Part shown: piece by piece, positions 1 to 14,900 of the stretch
How positions within the stretch are numbered: position 1 is the stretch's first letter
How the letters are laid out: every line of letters begins with the position of its first letter
Assembly (NCBI GenBank): GCA_000934665.2
Contig: JYFJ02002274.1
Coordinates: 1 to 60,024, forward strand
Direction: 5' to 3'
DNA: 60,024 bases
Source: Catajapyx aquilonaris
Lineage: Eukaryota
Translations under genes and position numbers: made by a program
The notes under the pieces: model-generated
Told to the model about the DNA's origin: nothing
Seen by the model: the letters and a program-made list of their open reading frames with translations, nothing else
Databases searched by the model: none

Positions 1-119
1 GGGGGGAAGGTGGGAGGGGGTGATTCAAGGCCTTGGGAATTCAGTGGTTGCCTCGGTAACCCAAGACAGGTGATGTTTACAGCCAATTGCTCATTATTAG
101 AGGAGTGTTCCAAAGTTCT

Positions 120-298
120 TTTCGCCTCCTGTGGCCAAGGAGGACCTCGGAGGTCAATTCCGCGCTAAGAACCTTCCCGGTAAAAAACTACCCCTGGTGA
201 TACCCCTGGGGCATATGTGGAGGCCTCCGTATGGATCTGTTTAGGTCACAAAAGAAAGACAGACAGACAGATATACGTCGAGAAATATGTATTAGATT
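120..298. repeat. Dispersed repeat fragment, possibly the end of a non-autonomous Helitron-like element
   Basis: 120-232 has a diverged reverse-complement copy at 6341-6456. It is followed by (ACAG)n and ...TAGAT, an ending typical of some non-autonomous rolling-circle elements; the class is inferred. Confidence 0.5.
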
Positions 299-620
299 AG
301 CCCTGCACAATAACCTACCAGTAGCCAGCAGCTGAATCCTAAGTTGACTCCGGATATAACAGACTCGGTTAGTCGGTTATAATGTACTTCAGCAGGTTAT
401 AACTTTTAAGTTAAAAGAGACTCGAAAGACCGGTCCAGGCATACTTCCATATATATGGCCCTGTGAATTTTAACTCCCGATATAACAGACTCATTGTGGG
501 GGTTTATGCCTTTATGGCCATCGAAGATACCACAATGATTATGAATCAACTGAGTAAAGACTAAGGAGGTGAAGGTCGGCCTAGTAGAGTGAAGTACTTC
601 CAGAAGAAGCATCATCTCTC

Positions 621-740
621 GCCAAGGGCCATACCACGTTGAAAGCACCGGTTCTCGTCCGATCCCCGAAGTTAAGCAACGTCGGGCCCGGGTAGTACTT
701 GGATGGGTGACCGCCTAGGAATGCCGGGTGCACTTGGCAT
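621..740 (+). rRNA. 5S rRNA: 5S ribosomal RNA gene (single, somewhat variant copy)
   Basis: GCCAAGGGCCATACCACGTTGAAAGCACCGGTTCTCGTCCGATC...AGTACTTGGATGGGTGACCGCC...CTTGGCAT matches the metazoan 5S pattern over 120 nt. The 5' GCCAAG pairs with 3' CTTGGC; internal A-box (AGTTAAGC) and C-box (GGATGGG) elements are present. Confidence 0.95.
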
Positions 741-741
741 C

Positions 742-749
742 TTTTTTTT
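742..749 (+). terminator. RNA polymerase III terminator of the 5S gene
   Basis: Run of 8 T immediately after the 5S 3' end. Confidence 0.85.
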
Positions 750-3424
750 ACCGCTTCCAATATTATTGCCTCAAATAATTTTTAATAATATCCGCTTAAT
801 TTTGGAGGTTATTTTGTTATGAAAATTATGAGTTATGAGAATAACAGTGACATCAGTTGCATTGCATCAATTAAAAGACATTATTTGTGCGGTTATCTGA
901 CAGCAATTGCCAAACCAACATATATGTCGGTTAATATTAAAACGAACTTGATGCGCATCAGACCAGTGTTACACTTGTTCATGTTGATATTGATAAGTAT
1001 TTAAAAAAAAAAATAAAAAAATCTGTGCCTATTGTGTTGGTGATGTTACGATTGTAATGCAGTGCTCTTTACTTATAGGTTTACTTTATGTTAGTTGTCT
1101 GTGACAATTGTCAGCTTCATCTTCTATTCTGTATTTCAAGGTAAATTATTATTAAGTACATCTTATCAGGAGACGTAGTAACTAGTAAGCATACCTGGAT
1201 GTTGCTACACACCAGTAGGTACTCTGTACGAGTAATAATCGTAGTAATCCAAAGACACGTGGATATTTGTTTTATATTTTCTGCTTCGATAATACATATA
1301 ATCTCTGAAATAAGAAGTAATGAGCTTTTTAAAATGATGCCGGTAACAAGTCATATGAATAAAGAAAGCAATTATTGCGTTTTATAATTTATTACGACAT
1401 TGTTTTTTTAAATTGGGAAAGAAGCCTAAATTGTGGCACAATAACACCTCGATATGATCCAATCAGATCTGTCGTCACTTCCAAGTCCATAAAATGCAGC
1501 AAACACGGTCTGGATTTTCCCGCACATTTCTGGTAAAATACCTGTAGTGATCCACTTATTCTTTGTACTTTAACACGTCCGCATATCCATTCACACCCTA
1601 TTCGTAGGTACTGTACACATATTAAATTATATGTCTTTTCACGATAATGCAGGGGCGTAACTTTGAACACGCAATTTCGTGTAATAAAATGCAGGATACC
1701 TCATGACTTGGGGAAGGAGTAGCATTAACAAGTGATGTTAAACGAGTTATTAAAGCGTTACTTGGCACCCATATCATTATTATGGCAAGTTCATTGAGTG
1801 CTTAAAATAGTGATTAAAACTTTAAGATGGACTCAGTGGATGGAATTTGCTACGTAATGCAAATTATTTTACACTCATAGGAGCAATTACGAAAATACAC
1901 CTACAACTTCGGTGAATTGTGTGCATCAGGCTTTGTACAAATTATAATTCGAGATATTTTATCCCAACATCAAGCAGTGCTTTAAAATACATTGTTTATG
2001 ACTAAAATGACTTGTATCGCGAGAAAATAGGCGTAAGTCAGTCCTTAAAAGTCTCATCACATATGATGGCTTGTGCAGATTTCTCCTCTGAGCAAAAAGT
2101 CACACAGTTATCAGCGAACGTCGCCTTGACCATGTCACGCAATCAGCATACCACGTTCCACTCTGAAATTTAATAAAATTACCATTAGTATATTGTATTA
2201 CTGTTAGTCATTATATTGTGCAACGATGATTTTCATGCCCTTAGAATTATTGCTTTTATTGATCGAATTGAAATATTTGTACACTAGTGTTACTCTCATA
2301 ACTTGGGGATGACCGAAAATAGATTTATAAAAATTCATAAGGATATGAGAACCACCTGCACACAGTCCCAGATATTACGCATAGTAATCTCTCAAAATTA
2401 GATGAGTTTCCCAAGAATCCACACATGCAAAGGGAGCCCCTAAAGCTGATATGTATAGGGAGGGTCCTTTCTGGACAAGTATACTATACACAGGACAAGT
2501 TCATCCAGAATCAAATGGATGGAATATTAGCAGACAACAGTTACTGTCATTGACATGGACTGCATTTTTAATGTGGCAATAATTAACATACTCGTAATAA
2601 TTCATAATATCTGATCCTGGATAACTTTGTGCTGTAGATTTACAACATATGATCGAAAAACCATGTAATTATGTTATTTCTTTTCGTAGTAAAGACATTG
2701 AGTTTCAACACCTTACTGCCAAAGCGTTATTGATGCAAGGCAATATGGCTGGTAGATACACCCATAATAAATGTCAGGCTCTAACCGCACAACATGTTTA
2801 CGCATATTCATCAAGTTATCAGCTCCAAACGTCGCCTTGATTATTCCTTCCCGGGGAAGGCAGTCGCCCATGCATGAAGAGCAATAAACCACCAGGCTTC
2901 TATAGGCAAGTTAGCAGTAGATGCAGCATACCCAACACTACAAAGCACATCGTGTTTATTTTTATCGATGTGACATGCTAGTTATTTGATGAAATGAACA
3001 GCCTCAGCACTACATTGAATTATAGTTCAGAGGGAAGAAGATGCATCTACACATATAAAGTATGCAATTTGGTACAGTGTCAAACTCCTGGGCCTTGCTG
3101 ATCCGAGAGGAAGGTCTGGGTTCCCTTGGTGCGTAGGTACTTGTAGACTGCATTGTCTTCCAGGCAACTCCAGGAATGACGCCTGACTTGTGGAACATTC
3201 CTCTTTCGAGGGCAAGGACCATTCTTCGGGCTATCCCCTAACAGACCAAACGAAACGGTCACACCCTACAAACCTACTGACCTCACCTTATGCGAAATTT
3301 TATTTTGCAATTTATTATCTAATATCGAATGCAAAAAAAATGAAGTGATTATGTAGAAACTATTAAGATGACTCAACAAAACATCTGTAGAATTTAGTGA
3401 CATTTTAAATGTTGATTATTAAAT

Positions 3425-6400
3425 TTATGCAGCAAAGTTCCTACCGTAGTGAAATCCTTCGTCTTCTGCCTCCGAATGGCACTGATGATTAGCTTGTATC
3501 GACTCGCTAATTGACAAGTCTGACCTCTCCTCTGTTGGACTGTTGATTTCCTCGTCCGTCTTGTCTTTGACCCTCTTGATGTAACCCTTACGGATGCAGT
3601 ACTTGGAGGTGCTGAAGACAGGAATGGGTACCTCTGAAGAAGACCTCACTGCTTCGTTTCCTTCTGCATTTTCACACTGTGCCTCCATTGCCTCTTGAGT
3701 TGACAAATGAGGTGACCCGTGACCCGATGCTCGGCCTTTATCTTCTATTGAGTCAGTTCCAGAATCCCTGAATGACACCTCCACATCCGAGCACTATAAA
3801 CAATCATTGCCTCAATATGGATTCCGACAAAACAATCAGTTGTTCCACTGACCTCTTTCCCAGTGTTGATACCAGGATTGTCGTTGTTGACCTCGACCCC
3901 CTCTTGACCGTCCTTCTCTGCACCCATGAGTTCCAAGGGGTTGTTTTCAGGGTATATTTTTAATGCTCGTTTGACCTGGTTGTCTCCATGCGCATTTGGT
4001 CCACTACGAGTGTCCCTTCTAATGGGTCCCACTGGACTAAATGCGCCCATGTTGTTGGTTCCTGGTCGCCTGGTCACTGTGCTTGGACGCTTTTGACTGG
4101 CTCTGCCCATGAACACAGAGCGGCAGCAGTTCCATACGCGAGTGAAGAACATCTGTGCATATGTAAGAGAATTAGCAAAACATGTAAAGTTAACACCATC
4201 CTGGTGGCAGTGACTGATATTGAAACAATCATGTCCAAGAAATTTGCCAACAGAACGAAATAAAATGTAAGTGGTTGTGCATAAAGCGTGCTTTAATTTT
4301 GTTGTTCAAAATGTATATGACATTTTCTAGTCATATAGCTATATAGTGCGTTAGACAATTTCTGGACATATAAAAATGATTATTGCAGTAATGGTCTTTT
4401 TGAGTAATCAGCTGAGTACACCTTTCCGCGAAATGCATTCACTAATGAGCAATATAGCTAGTGCATATCATGTGAATGTGCAGTTATTTAAGGTTACCGA
4501 CGTGGTTATAGTGCATGTCGTCATATTATTTAATGATATGCTTGTATGTGAAGCGTTAGTTTTCGGTGTAATTTTTGCATGACCTTCTCAGGACAAGATA
4601 AGTCAATACAATAATTAAAATCATCTACGACATTTAAAGTACTCCTCCTCTCCCCCTCCTTAACGGACTCCTTACTAGAGAATTTTTATCACAATAATTC
4701 TCCAAATATTACAATTTTATGTGCATTCCATATTTACTAATTATGTAATTGAGCGATTAGTGAGGAGAGAGAAAAATATAAGAAGGATGCTGAGATATGT
4801 CAAAATTGAATCGAACCCTTGCGCGTCTCTCCTGGATTATCTTCATTACCTTCCTGCACAAGATGTAGACCCATGGGTCAAGAACCTGATTGATGGAAGC
4901 CAACCGAACAGCGAACAGTTCAGCTTTATGGTCCTCCGCAGTTATGTGAGGATGGAATTGGCTCCACGTGATTTCGACCTGGAAAATACCATACAGTGGC
5001 AGTGGGTATAAAGGTAAAATATGAAAAAATCGTTACACAATTGGATATTTTAAAGTCAAGATATGTAGATTGATTGAATATAGTGTAATCCATCACCTAC
5101 CATAAGAGGAGCCCAGCAGGCGGTGAATACAATGGTAATGGCTAAAAGAAGGATGACCATCTGAATTTCCAATTCCTGCTGACTTCTGCTTCGATGGCTC
5201 CTTTAGATATTAAAATCAATATGCAATTATTCCGAAAATGTGAATAGAAGCGATATTTCTTACCGTATTTGGCGGAGCTCTGAAGGAGAACGCATCATTC
5301 TGTTGCGCTGCCACCTCATCACGATTAAAGTGCCTGAAATGCAGTAATTAATTACATTTTAGAAAGAAAATTACGCTTTACAATGATGGTGCCCTTTTCA
5401 AAAATGATTCATATCATATTAATCTATGCTAATAACATCATATCCGTCGTTTGAATATATTGGTATATGATACAGCCCATATCCCGAGGCCATATTCTGA
5501 ACAGTAAGGAAAAAAATTTCATGTAGGACGGCCTGTCATCATAGGCGTGTGAGATATGAGGCACATCATGCAATGTGGCATGTATCACAATGGAAGGAGA
5601 ACAAAAACCTGTATATTATACATTCTCTAGCACTTGAATTAATCAGTGTTGTCCTACACTGGTTGAGTCAGTATTGGCTAAGGAAATTAATTGCAACTGT
5701 AAATATGACACTTATGCACGAGATGGAAGTGTTCGACATATAATTTGATACAAGTGTGTAACATTATTACATTAACAATATTAGTTTAGCACAATTAATA
5801 TGTACTCACATTGAACAACGATGTTGCAGAAGATAATAATGCCTATAAGAAGAAAATTGATTCCTGCAAATGTCAACGCATACGCAGTATCCAAAGGCCC
5901 ATTGGGATGAATGTTGAGGAAGCACCACGTTTTCGGATACTGGAGGGCATAAGTACCGAACCCGAAGAGAGGCAGGGCGGAGAAGCACGCCGTTATCAAC
6001 CACAACGACAACAGTACATGCCTGCCAAACCAAAGACACTGCATTAGAAATGCATGACTCTTTCCTTAAAGGATAATCCGATTACAAACCTTGCCATGGA
6101 TGTGTTGAAGTGCCTAGTGTAAAAATACCCATGTCGGATACCTATGTACCTTTCCACGGCCATGGCACATACTATGAGTGGAGTAATCATTCCGAAGGCG
6201 ATCATTGTGAACGCATGGTAGTTGCACAGATTTTCCTGCGGATAAAATATGTAAATAATTGGATATCAATTTTTGCCATGTTGCTCATACATCTTATACA
6301 TATTTCACAACGTGTGTCCCCTTGTTCCTGATGCAAATCAATACGGAGGCCTCGATGTATGCCCCATTGTGATCATTATGGGTAGTTTTTAACGGGGAAG

Positions 6401-7246
6401 GTTTTAGCACATTTGGACTTGACCTCCGTGGTCATCATTGGCCGCAGGAGGCGAAATGACCGAAAAGCATGAACCCCGGCCGGATGTAGCATCGATTCAT
6501 TCAAAGTATTTCATATCCCGAGCAACGCCGGGTATAGTAACAAATATTTGTATAACCCGACATGAACAGCACACCCAACTGTGTTGACCGAATTCTGTGG
6601 GAAGTGTTGCCTCGCCTTCGATCCTACACCTGGTAGGACACCTTCCACCCAACGTAATTAGCCGGCCCTCAATTAGCGAATCTCCCGAGAGAGTCTCCAG
6701 AATTCCAGGGTAAAACCTGACCCCACCCCGTCCCGGGTAATTGCTACCCATTTTACCAGAGCCTTAGTACTACTTTTTGAGACATGACAGACAGGCAAAG
6801 AGGGACTCTTCACTTACGCCTCCGATCCATTTGCCGTAACTGTAGCAGAGGAGCACTGGTGGGGTGGTCAATATGATCCCAATGAGGTCTGCCCATGCTA
6901 GACCTCCGACTAGAACGAAGAACACTGTCCGGTGGTGCTCCTTCCTGGTGTTTCGGATTGTGTACAATGCGATTGCATTGCCTGGAAAATGACAATAAAA
7001 ATATATTTTTAAAATATAATAATACATACCGGTATTGGAAGAATATTATATTCCACTTAGAAATGGACAGATAAAAATGGTTGATACCAGTTCCGTTAAT
7101 TTGATGAAGATGAATTACTTACCGATTATTCCAGCTACTGACGTGGCAATGGGAACGGCAATGCTGGCCCCAGGAGAGGACCTTACAGAGCTGGTGCAGT
7201 TGCTGCATGACTTAAGGTTCATTAAGGTCATGTCGGTAATGTTCAT
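3425..7246 (-). CDS. PTGER4: Prostaglandin E2 receptor EP4-like GPCR (9 coding exons, 537 aa)
   Basis: Exons 7246-7123, 6981-6818, 6235-6090, 6021-5810, 5333-5264, 5200-5101, 4978-4850, 4152-3853, 3793-3425; all GT-AG, phase-consistent, 1614 nt. Prostanoid-receptor hallmarks: TM2 LAWADL, AMAVERYIGIRH, ECL2 YALQYPKTWCF, EIQMVILL before TM6, TM7 RLASINQVLDPWVYIL. The EP4 label reflects similarity, not demonstrated orthology. Confidence 0.92.
6341..6456. repeat. Inverted diverged copy of repeat 120-232, in GPCR intron 2
   Basis: ATACGGAGGCCTC...GGGTAGTTTTT...TGACCTCCG...TTGGCCGCAGGAGGCGAAA is the reverse complement of TTTCGCCTCCTGTGGCCAA...CGGAGGTCA...AAAAACTACCC...GAGGCCTCCGTAT. Confidence 0.75.
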
Positions 7247-9449
7247 GCTGGTGGAAAGAGTGGATGATGCTGACCACTGCGACTCTGCATAGTCGAGGCT
7301 GGTGTATGAAAAAAAAGTTGAGAAAAAGTTGTTATAACTACAAGTACTTCTATATGTCAGAAGCAGAGCCTGGCTGAAATTGATTGCTTTTCTTGCACTT
7401 CCTATAATTATCTGCCAGAAACACATGGTCTCATTTTGTGAAGGACACTTGGACATTTAGGCGGAATTATAGTAATTAGGCCTAACAGACAAAATTGGAC
7501 GAATACTAAAACCATGGTATTGAATTTGTTGAAATTTTTAAATTATTTATTAATAACCAGTAGTGGAATGCTCTGAAACCTGAAACACATTCGTCATGGC
7601 AGCTGGTTGTCTGAATAACGTCTAACATATTTTCTAATTTACTTTCGTAATTTAATTAGGCACCAGCAGTGGGTCCTGTGGTAATTAATTGCGAAGTGCC
7701 CGAAATGTTTTGTTTAGATTAATGAAGACGGGGGTCGTTGTCTGTTGGCTGTTGCGTTGCATTTGCCTAAAGGGGAACTTCTGCCCACATTCGATTGTTT
7801 GAAACGTGTGATACGTAGTATCTATGTTTTCATCATTTTAAAAATTAGAGGGTGGTGTAAGTTATGTGTTTGCTCCACATCCTTTCGCCTATGTGAGAAA
7901 ACTAAACTTTAACCAGCTGAACACGCTACCATCGAACATTTTATATGCGTAAGAGAAATGTGTAACCGTACGTGGTTCCGTGTTTATAATCGATGACAGA
8001 TATGTTGACATTTCCACCACCAGAAAGAGATAAACATAGTTTTTAAACGAAAAACTAGCTGGTCAGTAGAATCTCAGTTTTAGTGCTTTAAAAATGTTCA
8101 CTCTAGTTAATCTGGTTAGACTTCAGGTGAATGTCCACATCATGGGTTTTTCCTTCCTGAAGTTAAGATTTCCAATGCGGAAGGATACGGTATGGTATAA
8201 ACAGTGATACGGTGAGATTTCGAAACACCACACATGTTTCACCAGTCGAGGGAATTGCAACAGAAGAAACAATTGCGTCGCACTGCAGTAGGTGGAATAT
8301 GTCGGTGTGCACAGGTGCCAATAATATTCATGCCCCAAGTGCTAGGAGATTGTACACAATCATACTCCGCAGGTTTATTTTAGGCACTTTTGTATAACCC
8401 ATCCCGGATATACTGTGTATAAAAATTCATGAAGTAGTGCACTTATTGTTTTCAATGGCATTATATAGGCACACACTTATTGTGCACTTGTTATATACAC
8501 TGAGAATGTCGAATTCGCTGAATTTTTTAACTGTACAGTTAGCGTGTAGCATAACATCATTTACCATAGAGGAGTATATATATCATTCAAGATTTGCTAC
8601 TCGCTTGAATATGACACGAGTGCTCCGAAAAGGTCGAGTTCAAAGAAAAGCAGTAATCCTTGAATTCAGCAGCGTGCATATAGGCTACCATTTCCCACTA
8701 TCTCTATGTCCACACGTGACTAGAATTCTCAGCGATTTCAGCCATTGCCCCTTAAAAGTCCCAAAATACGATTTGCATATAGCTAGCCTACCCACTCACC
8801 TCTCATTGTCTGGGAGAGTAAAGTTATCCATCCTAGGCTGATGTCACCTGCCCAGAACTGTGAAGGGACACATGCAGTTCCCTGTCTTTTATGCAGGTCA
8901 TCGCGTGACAAGTAGTCGTTGACGAATAAGGCACAACCAATTTTATTGGATGTTACACTACTTTTGCGAAGTTAAACTACATGTTGAACAACGAGTGACG
9001 CCTAACTGAATGAAAATTATGGGAGCCAGATAGCTACCAAACTGGAAGAGGAAATTCCCCGTTGACAAAAGTGATAATGCAGTGAGATAAAAGCAGAAAC
9101 AAATGTTATCACCTCGTTACATGCGTATGCTGTACAATTGCGCGGATTGATATTTGAAAGTGAGAACAAGTTATTCTAGGTCAGGACATACCCTTGGTAG
9201 GTATAGATCCTAGCAACTTTTGTGAATATTATTTTGTACCAATTAGGTTTTTGGATAGAACTACTGCATATAAGGAAAGTACTTACGAGCAACGAGAATT
9301 TGCACTTGCTCTTTGAGGACGGTAACCTTCAACACTGCATCTAATCGTGGTTTCCTTAGATTTAGCGAAGAACTTCCGTCCAGGGCATATCTAGAAATAC
9401 TACGTGACTTAAATCTGCTATCGAACTAAACCGCGTCCTTATTCCAAGC

Positions 9450-9510
9450 ATGGCCATGTATAGGTATGTATAGGTATGTATAGGCCATGTATAGGCCATG
9501 TAGTAGGCAT
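9450..9510. repeat. Short minisatellite (10-11 bp unit, ATGTATAGG core)
   Basis: ...GGCCATGTATAGGTATGTATAGGTATGTATAGGCCATGTATAGGCCATGTAGTAGG... Confidence 0.8.
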
Positions 9511-12500
9511 ATTTGCCCCCAGTATGTCTGACCATTTGTTCCAAAATAATCTACACAGACAACTAAACCTTCACCAAAATAACATCACGGCTACGTCTCT
9601 TCCTTCTATTTGCTCCATCAATCCTCGTTAGTTTACAGCATTACCTTAATCAGCACTCGCTCTAATGCAAATTCCCAACTCAATAAGAGGCAGTGACCTA
9701 AGTCTCCTGAGCACCAAACAACACTCTCAACCGCGTTGCACGACTACAACCCTCGATCTGCCAACGACGAGCTTAGCCTTTTTTTTTGTTTGTTTTTTTT
9801 TTTTTTTTGCGTGGCACCTATTTGTCTACTCATGTCGCGTCCTATACATGCCGGCAGAAATGTGACCCGCCCATTAAACGTCAAACGTCAAAGTTGCACT
9901 ACTAATTGGCTAATGCAGTATTCAGAGTGCAATGTAAATATGTAATATTACTTCAAATTTTGAACGAACATTAGCATACATTGTCAAACTGGAATTTTGA
10001 TAGACTGTATGTACTTATCTTTATATGCGGTTCAGTGAGCTTTATAATATAATGATTAGATTTTTGGAAACTCAGCTGTAAATGTATGGCTGATTCAGCA
10101 TGGAGATAAGAAAGTGCTTTTTTTTCTTGCCCAGTGAACTTTAAAGCTACCACCCACTGACTTTCCGCTCTAACAGTTTCATTCCCAAGCAAAATTATAT
10201 TCTACCGCCATGGGTGTGAAGTAACAAAACAGTGACGAGCATAAATCATTAACAACAATATAGGGGCCATGTGTCCTCGCTTATACAGACAGGTTAATTA
10301 CATATACCCGCAGTAAAATGATACCAGCACGTCATGGACCTCCAGAGATGTTCTTGGCTCGACCTTGCCCACTAAAATGATATCACGATCCAGTTTCTTT
10401 AATAACGTACCTCGCAATCGATATTCAGACTCTCATGGCGACAATTTAAACGGAACGTGATAAGAATATCTGGCCCCCAAAAAGCGATTCGAATCTGGCG
10501 TGAATTTCTGCAAAAGATCAAGGAGCATGAGATCATTTGTCATGGAGGCGTAAATGGGAATTCTGCCTAATCGCCATAAAACCATTATGATGTTTTAGAT
10601 GGGTATTACAGGTTTGCGAAATTTAGGTAAACGCAACTGTTTCACATATGCGACGCGATACGTTTTCGCATGTGTGATACATATGGCGTCAGTTGTCTAT
10701 CAATCTAGTATCATTGCCCAGAATATAAATAAACCATTATGATAGATTCATGAGGAGCTAAACGTAACCTTCATAAGCTGCTATATTCGATAGCACGATT
10801 TATTCCATTATTACAGAATCGCTCATATGTAACTATAATATCCGTCATAGCAGCACCATCCAAAGTACTCAACCTGTAGATACGCTTATCTATACAATCT
10901 ACTAGAATTGATGAACATTGGTGGGATTCAGCAAACCGCCATTTTGCGGCACCATCCTTGAAATATGAGAACTAATTACGACACTTAAGACAGGCAATAA
11001 AGGAAATAGATTGGAGCCGTGAAGGTGAGATCACAAGGGAACACTCCTTCAGGTCAAGTGTTAAAAAGACGGCCGTAAAGTTCATCTTATTGATCCGAAT
11101 GTCACAGACCGTAACAACTTACTCCCAAAGGAATGTGGATGGTTTTCATCAGTGTCCAATTCAATTGTTCAAATTCGCAATCAGAATTTAGAACATCTGG
11201 TTATTGGTCGTTCCAGCCATTTTTTAACATTTGGACTTAAAATGGTGGATACGGATATAAAGTGTTACGTCACGAGCATCGGTACATAGTGGGAGGGTAC
11301 GTCGGTACCGTTCATTGCATGCAAACGCCCACGTACTACCCACGTGTGCGAATAGCCTTCAGCCACACTTTATATTGCCGCTTATTGCATGCTATAAACC
11401 CGCCCACAAACTCTCTTGTTTTTGGGGGGACTACAGTAGAAAATACAACGTTTTTCTATGAAAATTTAGAGCGGGAAGGATTTTTCACAAAAAAAACCGT
11501 GTCTTCATAAAGATTGTAGATTTTCGCGAATTTAACACGTCACAGGTTTCCTATCATAGTGCAAACAGGATGATTCATTACCTCATTATCAGATTTTGGT
11601 AGCATGCAATTAAGAGGATAGTCAACGGTAGAGCATTGCGGGTGCTGGTACAGCGTGGGTCGTAAAATGTGAGAGCGTGATGAGGGCTTATAAAATATTA
11701 ATTTAAGGGGGTAATTTCATTCCAAAAATTTCACAGAAATACTGTAGTTGTACAAAAATAGGCTGTAATAATGTTAAAATATTAGCCGGCATATAGGTGT
11801 ACCTCACTAGCATGGTACGCAGTTTTGATATTGGGAAAGGTTAGCAACCGAAACAAAAAGGCATTGACATTCTCTTGAAGAGGTCTACTATTTTTAGTCC
11901 TGTTTATTATTTACGTTGACAAGCGATATAAATCGGCAAACAAAGTATCCTTGAGAAAGAAAATAGCGCCGGCACCCTATGGTCTGCGGCATGCGAACAA
12001 CCCGAGAAAATGTTCCTCCTTGGCTCATTTCTTAAAATGAGCACAGGCATTGCGTGACAAGTTTGCACAAACCTATATTCAATCCACTTATAAGCCACTT
12101 GTACTCTAAAGCATCGCTTCCGAAATGAAATTGTAAGCCAGGGGCAAAGCACAGATGGTAAAGTACGTCATCACTTTCTCTGCTCTGACGTCATATGACG
12201 TGAGAATCAACCCCTGCAATATGAATTTAGCAAACTGACGTATCAAGCCATATCAGCAATTATTTTTTTTACAAGTTTCCAGTACAAATGAATTAATTTT
12301 GCAAATCCCTCGATAAGGTACAGAGGAATTAATCCGAGGGTAGTCTAGACAACAAGGCTTCTGCTGTAATTAGGAAAGTTGTGTCGTTCGCTAGTGAAGT
12401 AAAACAACTCGTCACAGTAACATGAAAAGGGAGGATTAAAAATCCATCAGCCGAATTCAAAGGAGCTTCGTCGCTGTCGATTGCTCCGAAACCTCCATCA

Positions 12501-14753
12501 ACCCCTTTTTTTGGTGAGATTGCTTTTTCTAGTCACTAGAATTGGCTTTCACATAAAAATGGTAATAAAGTACATAAAAATGTAATCAATGGGTTTGAAG
12601 AAGGATCGGAATTGTCACTAGACGTATTCTCCAGAATTTTGCACACATGGAGATATCGCTTATATGGTATGAACCAGCCCAAAAATTTTGACAAATGTTT
12701 TTAGGCACACTCGTTTCAATTTATCCTAAGCTGTAGGTAACCAACCCTGCTCTAGTGGGATTTGGTTGCATAAGCGACAGGCGTAAATCTCATATTATTC
12801 CTGCTATGCATGGCAAATCCGGTTTGAAGAGGTCATACAGTACTGTACAATAACAAAGTGCTCGGCAGACTTTGGATTCCAGTTTCCAAGTCGACTGGTT
12901 TGGTCCAAAAAAAAAGTTGATCACTCGGCATGCTAATGATTGCTACAGGTCCTCTCACGTACAGACGGATATCCAATATGAACGACTATTATCATGCATA
13001 GCACGCTTATTTAATTCCCATTCATACCGATCACTACTGAGTGGTCATGACATGCATATTGAACTCCGAGTGTATGTCATAAACATTAAATGACAATTTT
13101 GGTACAGTAAATACATTTTCTCAATACGTAGGTATATTGCCGCTAGATTTTAAAGGGGGGTATTGGAGACTGTTTGTTATTGTGTTCGCACAAAACCATA
13201 AAGAAAATCCATAGAATAAACGGCACAAAAAGTAAAACGACAGGAAGGACAGTGAGGCTTTACCCTTCCATTGAATTGCCTCTCAAAAGGGTTTGAGCTT
13301 GAAAGCTTTTGAGCGGCACAAATTTAATTACGCTATTCAACTCCGAAAGTTACAAACTGCAGTGAAAATGTAGCACAACCGCCTGAGAACAAGTGATTCC
13401 TGAATTTTATGCCAAGATGGGCATATAAATATTACGAAATATGAACTAACAAATGTGGCAATGAATCAAAAACAGACACTTTCACCAATCGTTCTTCTTG
13501 CGGAAAATTAAATTGCATGAATCTGTTACAGTTTACTGCACAAGAACGTGTTTCTAGCATTATTCTAACGTGATAAATGGTCCATGATATTACTGCACGA
13601 GAATCGACATTACATTGTAGCAGCTCAAATATTACTGTCACGCTTTCAATTCAAAATTATTGCAACAGTTGTTGTAACCAGTGATCAATTGCCCAAATAA
13701 CGCTGGTATAATCATTCTGTACATGTTCGGTTGCTCGTGTAATTGTGTGTGCCCCAGTTGCGATCGGTATGCGTAAACGCCTCTGGAAAATTGTGATTGA
13801 TGACCAAAGTTCAAAACTTTCCTCTACATTAAAGGCTACCAAATAACCTCAACAAAGTACAGGGTAGCCTATCACCTTGAATTCTGAAAAAATATTTTAG
13901 CCTTAATTGAGGATACAATAGCCTAGCACATTAACGCATGGCAAGGTCGTTTGTTTCCATTATAGTACGACAACAGCGACTAGTGGTCGACCTTACAGAA
14001 CTTTAAGTGGGACGACAAGACATGTGTTCACTGTACACTTGGGTTCTGGGGTTCGTATTTCTACGCCCTTCCATCTGAAAACAGACAAAAAAAATGAGTA
14101 TGGATTTCCTGGAGCCTTGGGGAAAAAATCTGACTGGCATGCGTGTCTTCGTGTGTATGCGTGTTATACAACGTCTGGCTTGTGGTGATGATTCACATAA
14201 TCAAATTGTATTTTGTTTATTGATTGTCTCATATATTGTTGATTTAACTAAAATTGAAGCTATCGTTGAGAGAATCGATGAGTTATGAACATGGTCCTAT
14301 CTATACATATTCCCGAAAAAAAGGTTACGTCGATGAAGCTCTGAAAGCATTTTGGCACACTTTTTGGCCATATCCAACCCCATAAAGCTATACTTTCTCC
14401 ATTACTTTCAGTGAAGGCCTTCTCCCAAAATTTAAAATCCTCCACCCACAAGTCCAACCCCTTATTTTTTATGGAGCATCCGCAGTCTTATATAAACCTC
14501 AGACCTAAAGTTGGAGCCCGAGGTGAAATGAGTCCGAGAGAAAACCACGGCCAAACAAACTTGATCAGATTTACTCCCACCTCCGACAAAGTTTCAAACT
14601 GAGTTCTAAGATACGCACCTCCCCGCCAAGAGAATACTAAGAAATATGTGGCATTAAGTGTATCTCAATTTGAAACGTTGCAGAAACCTTACCGGATATG
14701 CTGGATAATGTTAAAGTGGCTCATAATTAATAGAAATCTGTTGCATGTCTCAA

Positions 14754-14900
14754 TTTCGGCCACTTTATCCTACACTCTTAACCATTTACCTTCTCTAGAG
14801 AGGGTAAATGGTTAAGAGTGTAGTCTTGAAGCAACCCTTCACACCTTACCGTGGGGCATGTGCGAAAGGTTGCTTCAAGACCAGGATAAAGTGGCCGAAA
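14754..14900. repeat. Composite of three nested inverted repeats
   Basis: Outer arms TTTCGGCCACTTTATCCT (14754-14771) and AGGATAAAGTGGCCGAAA (14883-14900). Inner hairpin 1 at 14770-14823. Inner hairpin 2 arms GTCTTGAAGCAACC and GGTTGCTTCAAGAC (14823-14881). Confidence 0.9.

Noticed and set aside
3745..4152. 135-aa and overlapping 119-aa (3425-3784) ORFs as separate genes or a frameshift
   Set aside because: They are the last two GPCR exons, joined by a 59-nt GT-AG intron (3852-3794).
13975..14070. B-box-like GGTTCG motifs (also ~4810 and ~29990) as tRNA or SINE
   Set aside because: No cloverleaf or correctly spaced A-box could be built.
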